NCBI GenBank assembly: GCA_964016885.1
Contig: OZ024746.1
Coordinates: 67,084,001 to 67,148,000, forward strand
Length of the DNA stretch: 64,000 nt
Source: Eledone cirrhosa
Lineage: Eukaryota
Direction: 5' to 3'
A program made the position numbers and the translations under genes. Position 1 is the first letter of the stretch, and each line of letters begins with the position of its first letter. Positions 58,616 to 64,000 of this stretch are shown here, piece by piece. The notes under the pieces are model-generated. The model was not told where the DNA came from, searched no databases, and saw nothing but the letters and a program-made list of their open reading frames with translations.

Positions 58616-60162
58616 TTAGCCACAGGGGCACAAAATAAGGGGAGAAATACAAAGAGGGAAGTTTACATACAATAAAAACGTGTAAAATACTATCACAAAT
58701 ACAATTTAAAAGTTAATCGATTTTCCCCAATAGGGGGATACATTACATATGGGTAACTCATCTCCAGGATTACGGAGAGTTTGTACCCATTTCCTCTCCT
58801 CCTCTTTTTCCTCAACTTACAGGCTGATATTGAGAGAAGGCCCATTCACTCGGGCCATTCTCGCCACTTTCACCCACCTTTCATAAAACTTGCTGGGGTA
58901 CAGAATCTCTCTCTCCATCCTGATTCTTCTTCTAAAGTGGTATTTGAAAAAAAGAATCAGTTGTTGGCCGGAGAGAAAGGTGTCTAACCTCAGCCCTTTC
59001 AACCCTCTCCACCATACAACCTCTTTCGCCATAGCTATCACACAAAGGGAAACCGCCTCTCCTTCGTTTTGAACGAGGGTGGCGGTTTGATCATGACAAT
59101 GGACTCGGTCGTCAACCGGATGTGTCCCACCCGCGACAATAGTCGTTCTACATAGCCCCACAGGTCGGTAACGCCCATGCAGTGCATGAATGCGTGCGCG
59201 ACTGTTTCTTCGTCTTGCACGCACCTCGGACAGATCTTTTTCGAAGGGTCTCTGCTCGGGCGCCCATGTCTGTAGAGCTTGTCTCGAACTGGTAGAGCTC
59301 CTCGGTAGCACTGCCAGGCCAGGGAGTTTTGGAAGTTGTCCATTGGACCCGGGCGGAAGGTCCTACCGAACAGACTGGCCAGTTCATCTTCCTCTACGCC
59401 TAGAGTTTCACCGAGCACGTCGTCGCACTTGCTGCGGATCAACCCTCTATAGAATGACGAAGTGGAGTCTCCACTGATCGCCGGGTCCGCCTGCCAGAGG
59501 GCTGTGACCACCTGAGCACATTCGATGTGCCAGTCGCCCATTTTCCACGGTCTTTGCTTGACCCAGGACTGCAGCTCGGTCAGCGAGACGAGTCTTGGGA
59601 AGGCTCGCCTCACGAAGGAGGCCCACACCGGTTGTCCGGTGAGGAATACGTGGAGGTGCCGCAGCCTGAGCGCGTGTTTGCGCATCGTCAGCCACGGTAA
59701 CCCCAGCCCTCCGTTGGAAGAGTTTTGACAATGGATGGATCTTCTCACCAAAGGAGCACGCTTCTTCCAAAGGAATTGGAAGAGCGCGCGCTCCATTTTG
59801 GTGTTCGTTTTGGCTGGGCAAGGCTCGACGGTCAAGCGGTAGTAGATGACGGACGCTATAAAAGTGTTCGCCACCTCCGATCGAACTTTCAAGCATAGTT
59901 TGCACTCGGCCCACTTCTGGGTGAGTGCAAACACCTTGGCCGTCACCTCGTTCCAGTTCTTCTCCACCTGGAGGTCCAGACCAAACCAGACACCGAGCAG
60001 CTTCACCGGTGCTTCCGTCCAGCGTCCCACGACGCCATCGGAAGGCATCGGTTTGCCTTCCACGATCCGAGTTGCAAACCGATGGACTTGTCTCTGTTCA
60101 GCTTCGCTCCTGTGAATCTTTCGTATTCCTTCAGTAAGGTGCCGACCTCCTCGGTGTATGAA
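58616..60162 (-). mobile_element. L1/Tx1-type LINE, 5'-truncated (same family as 34092)
   Basis: ORF 59038-60063 (VKLLGVWFG..GGLGLP..CPRC..ETVAHAF) and a shared 3' UTR. Confidence 0.85.
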
Positions 60163-60163
60163 G

Positions 60164-60226
<63 letters not shown>

Positions 60227-61099
60227 GAGATAGATAGAGATATGCATTGTATGAATTTTTTTCCAGAGAACTAGAATCAGCCCAGTCTATATTAGTTCCC
60301 TTCCTTCTTGTATATTCCACATGATCTGAACACACACTAAACGGATTATAGTGAGGATATAATCTCAGGTGCTCGAACTCCTTTCCTCAGTACCATATTC
60401 ATACTATATACAATAGTTTATTCACTAGTACACTTATGTGCATGAGTTAAACAAAAACAAAAACATTATTTTCTCTCCTCCATATTCCGGCAAAACACAG
60501 TTTTATGATGTGGGTAGCTTTGGTAAATGGATTCAGACTTTGATTATAGGCCTCAATCATGGTTCTTAATTTTTGTTAGTATTTTTCGTATATTCTATGC
60601 GTGCTTCCGTGAATAACTTGATCCTTAAAATATTCATAGTTATGAATCAGGAATATCAAAATAATCAAAGTTGTATTATATAGATGTTAAAATATTCTGA
60701 AAATGTATGAATCTAATAAATTATTAATACATACCTCCCTCGTTAATACTCGATATTTAAAATATCAGTCAATATATTAACATTCATAGTATTTCAAGTC
60801 TGTCAAATGAATATTCGTGTGAACATGATCAGCTGAAAGGGTTTCGCATGCTGATATTAAGTATCACAGTTCATATTTTAGCAACGTTGTTATCTTTGTC
60901 AATGGTAAATATAAATAAACATTTAATGAGAATACGTTTGATCCATTTGTCTGTTTATAATAGTATATTAATTAGGATACTAACGGAATAATCAGGTGAG
61001 GAACAAAGACCTCGATTTCTTGTTAAGGCTTAGTCACATAATCCTAATTAAAATATGACTTTAACGATATTTATCGTATTAAGGTATAAGCTATGATAG

Positions 61100-61432
61100 A
61101 CGCGGCCGAAATGACTGAGGACAGTCTCTTTCTCTTCGACCGGGCGCTCATCAACTTTTTCAAGTTCCGCTTCCAAAAGATGGTGAGGATGCTGTCCCAT
61201 TTACAATACATTTGTTAAAATGTGGAGGAATGTAGCGAAGATTGTCCGAGTGAATGGACTTACTCGGACTCTGCGCTTGTAGGCTGGAGAGCTTAAAGAG
61301 GTGAGGGAGCCCTCCTTTGAGAGTATGTTAGTTTAGGATTTGTAGGGTTCGTAAGACAACCCTGGATGGTAATGCCTCTATTGGAGAATAATTATTATTA
61401 TAATTTTATTGTTTATTGTTATCTTTTATAAT
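61100..61432 (+). mobile_element. Degenerate 3' end of Tx1-type LINE
   Basis: LINFFKFRFQK..MWRNVAKIVRVNG resembles the ORF2 C-terminus of the other copies. Confidence 0.5.
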
Positions 61433-61433
61433 G

Positions 61434-61727
61434 TTTTGTCTTTCATCCATACGGGGTCGATAAAATATAGTAGCAGTAATTCACTGGGTCGATTTAATCG
61501 ACGTTCTCCTTCCCTTCAAATTGTTGGCCTTGAGCCTAAAGTAGAAACAATTATTATAGTCAACACGCAATAACTACAACGTGGAATCGTCATTATAACA
61601 ATGCAATCTGAGTTCAAATCCCGCCGAGTTTGACTTTGCCTTTCATCCTTACGGGGTCGATACAATAAAAGTACCAGTAATACACTGGGTAATTGCTGGC
61701 CATGTGCCTAAAGTAGAAACAATTATA
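61434..61727 (+). mobile_element. Two SINE fragments
   Basis: 61434-61557 and 61606-61727 match the SINE body. Confidence 0.75.
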
Positions 61728-61946
61728 ACAATGCTTTAATGATGTTCACTTTTGATTCATTTCTTAATATCGATTATGTCTTATAATGTTTTGTTGCACT
61801 TCTATCATCTGGACACTTACACAATTCTACTACATGAAATACTTCCAACATTTACATAATAATACATATATATATCGGAATAGTATGTTGTACGATAGTC
61901 TTTGTAAAATATATCTATATCTATATATATATCTATCTATCTCTGA

Positions 61947-61982
<36 letters not shown>

Positions 61983-62334
61983 GAATAAATTTAGTCCATA
62001 ATCAGCGATCTTCCAACCTTCATAGGTATTTCATCGCTTTAAAGACCATATACCTACGATTGGTGCGAGCAACGGCTAAAGAAAGTCGTGGGACACGTAA
62101 ATAAGGGGAACGAGCGAGACTGTAAATAATCAAAGATGGTAATGCAATGAGAAGTGAGGAAGAAGGAGTCAAGTCCCAGAAATGGATGAATATAAGTTCT
62201 GTGAAATATTGGACGAGAGAGAATAAAGACCATCAAACCTGGTCGAAATGTGAGCAAGGAAAGAATTTCGCACAGGTCAAACGGGAGGAAGAAGGAGTCA
62301 AGTCCCTCAGCACGCCATGTTTTCATATTCACAC

Positions 62335-62380
<46 letters not shown>

Positions 62381-62613
62381 ATAGATATCATTCACGATTA
62401 AAAGAGACACAAATACTATAGTTAAACAATGACTTGCTAGTTTCACGCGTGTAGGACAAGGATAAAGAATATCAGAATCTCTCTCTATCTATCTATCTAT
62501 CTATCTATCTCTCGCTTTCTCTCTTTCTTTCTCTCTCCCTCTCTCTGTGTACATGTATATATATATATATATATATTATTCATATTTATATATAAATATA
62601 TATATATATTAAT

Positions 62614-62674
<61 letters not shown>

Positions 62675-62861
62675 CATAGGTAAAACAAATATAAATATAC
62701 ACAATTCGTGTTAAACGACTTACTTAAAAGTACTGTAATGTAGCTATAATTTTATTTGACATGATTTTCATCAATATATAAGAAAATCAATATTATGTAC
62801 AATATTATATACAACTTCCTAAGTATTTATATTGAGAAACATTATTTTGGACATATCACAT

Positions 62862-63053
62862 AGGGCGGGGAATTGGCAATATCGGTAGAGAGTTGAACGC
62901 CATGCTTTCTAGCATAGTTACGTCCCTTTACAGTCTGAGGTCAAATCCCGCCGAGGTTAACTTTGCCTTTCATCCTTACGGGGTCAATAAAATAAAGTAC
63001 CAGTAATGTACTGGGTAATTGCTGGCCTTGTGCCTAAAGTAGAAACACTTATT
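62862..63053 (+). mobile_element. tRNA-derived SINE
   Basis: AGGGCGGGGAATTGGCAATATCGG head and the family body. Confidence 0.85.
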
Positions 63054-63276
63054 TTGGACATATCTATGATGAAAGACAATTCAAGAAACAAAAATGAAAT
63101 ATACAGACGTCCTTGTTGTGAGCTAAGTTAGAAGAACATTTGGTACATTAAAGCGAATGTATGCTAAACAAAACACAATAAGTCAAAATCAAAGTACATA
63201 AATTGCATACACGTATATATATATATATATGTGGGTGTACGTATATGTACATACACACATATATATATATTTCTAT

Positions 63277-63420
63277 TTATTGCCACGAGGGCGCAAAAGA
63301 AGGGGACAAATACAAGGGGGGGGGGTCGTACACACGCCCGAAAAAAGTGTGCAACCCTTCTCCTCAGGAGCACAGAGAGAGGGTGCTCCCTCGTTCCTTC
63401 ATCTTTTCCATCTACAGGCT
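63277..63420 (-). mobile_element. Tx1-type 3' UTR fragment
   Basis: TTATTGCCACGAGGGCGCAAAAGAAGGGGACAAATACAA resembles the 34092/58616 ends. Confidence 0.55.
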
Positions 63421-63454
63421 ATATATATATTTATATATATATATATATATATAT

Positions 63455-63838
63455 ATTATAAAGAAAACGAAAAATCAGTGATGCATTATTTCGTGTTACA
63501 AATGTTTCGCCGGCATGTAGCTCGAGTCATGGTCCTTGTATGGATCTGGCTGATTCTACTTCTGCAGGTGCTTTCAGACATGGGTGTTACGTCAAAATTT
63601 GCTGCGGACGTAACACCCGTGTCTGAAAGAACCTGCAGAAGTAGAATCAGCCAGATTCATACAAGGACCATGACTCGAGCTACATGCCGGCGAAACATTT
63701 GTAACACGAAATAAATTAAGTCCAGATGCATCACTGATTTTTTGTTTTCTTTATAATATCTACACTCTACTCTGATGAATATCGAGTGCTAATTTTGGCA
63801 TACCGCCTATGGAAGCACCATAGCTACCACTATACACA
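63455..63838 (+). mobile_element. Fold-back element, same family as the 1195-2895 array unit
   Basis: Palindrome ~63455-63757 (apex ~63600). GAAACATTTGTAACACG..GATGCATCACTGATTTT..GAGTGCTAATTTTGGCATACCGCCTATGGAAGCACC. Confidence 0.8.
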
Positions 63839-63851
63839 ACTATATATATAT

Positions 63852-64000
63852 ATAGGAAAAAGTATGACCCCATCGGCAGAGCTCAAGCCGTTTCGACGGC
63901 TATTTCTGAGTCCAGAAATAGCCGTCGAAACGGCTTGAGCTCTGCCGTCGGGGTCATACTTTTTCCTATTTCCCACTCTACTACCCTAAGTATTGAGTAA
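63852..64000 (+). mobile_element. Family A copy (cut by the window end)
   Basis: Hairpin 63852-63968 and the start of the tail. Confidence 0.75.

Noticed and set aside
63229-63714. 161-aa ORF with hydrophobic segment
   Set aside because: It runs across a LINE UTR fragment, (TA)n and a palindrome, so it is a chance frame.

Overview
This is eukaryotic, very AT-rich, microsatellite-saturated DNA. It is most likely from an octopus or other cephalopod (inferred from the tRNA-derived SINE type and the (AT)n/(AC)n load). I find no convincing host protein-coding exon, and almost all ORFs in the track are microsatellite artefacts. Real coding remnants are all from mobile elements: L1/Tx1-type LINEs (one near-full, two 5'-truncated, two small fragments), Penelope-like elements (PLEs; RT + GIY-YIG), RTE fragments and a mariner fragment. 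There are also about 10 SINE copies. The main finding is a dense population of short fold-back (inverted-repeat) elements from many families, nearly always embedded in (TA)n. They share one architecture: inverted copy / apex / hammerhead-ribozyme (HHR) core / AATAAA / 3' tail / (TA)n. About a dozen loci carry HHR-like cores, with stem covariation and a U3-A8 core variant. The 3' tails of about 7 otherwise dissimilar families share a covarying bulged hairpin, (Y)ACTC-stem-loop-stem-T(T/C/A)-GAGT(R), which may be an undescribed cis-acting RNA signal. One such tail is amplified into a 10-unit array with variable microsatellite spacers. Coordinates were read by eye and may be off by a few bases.
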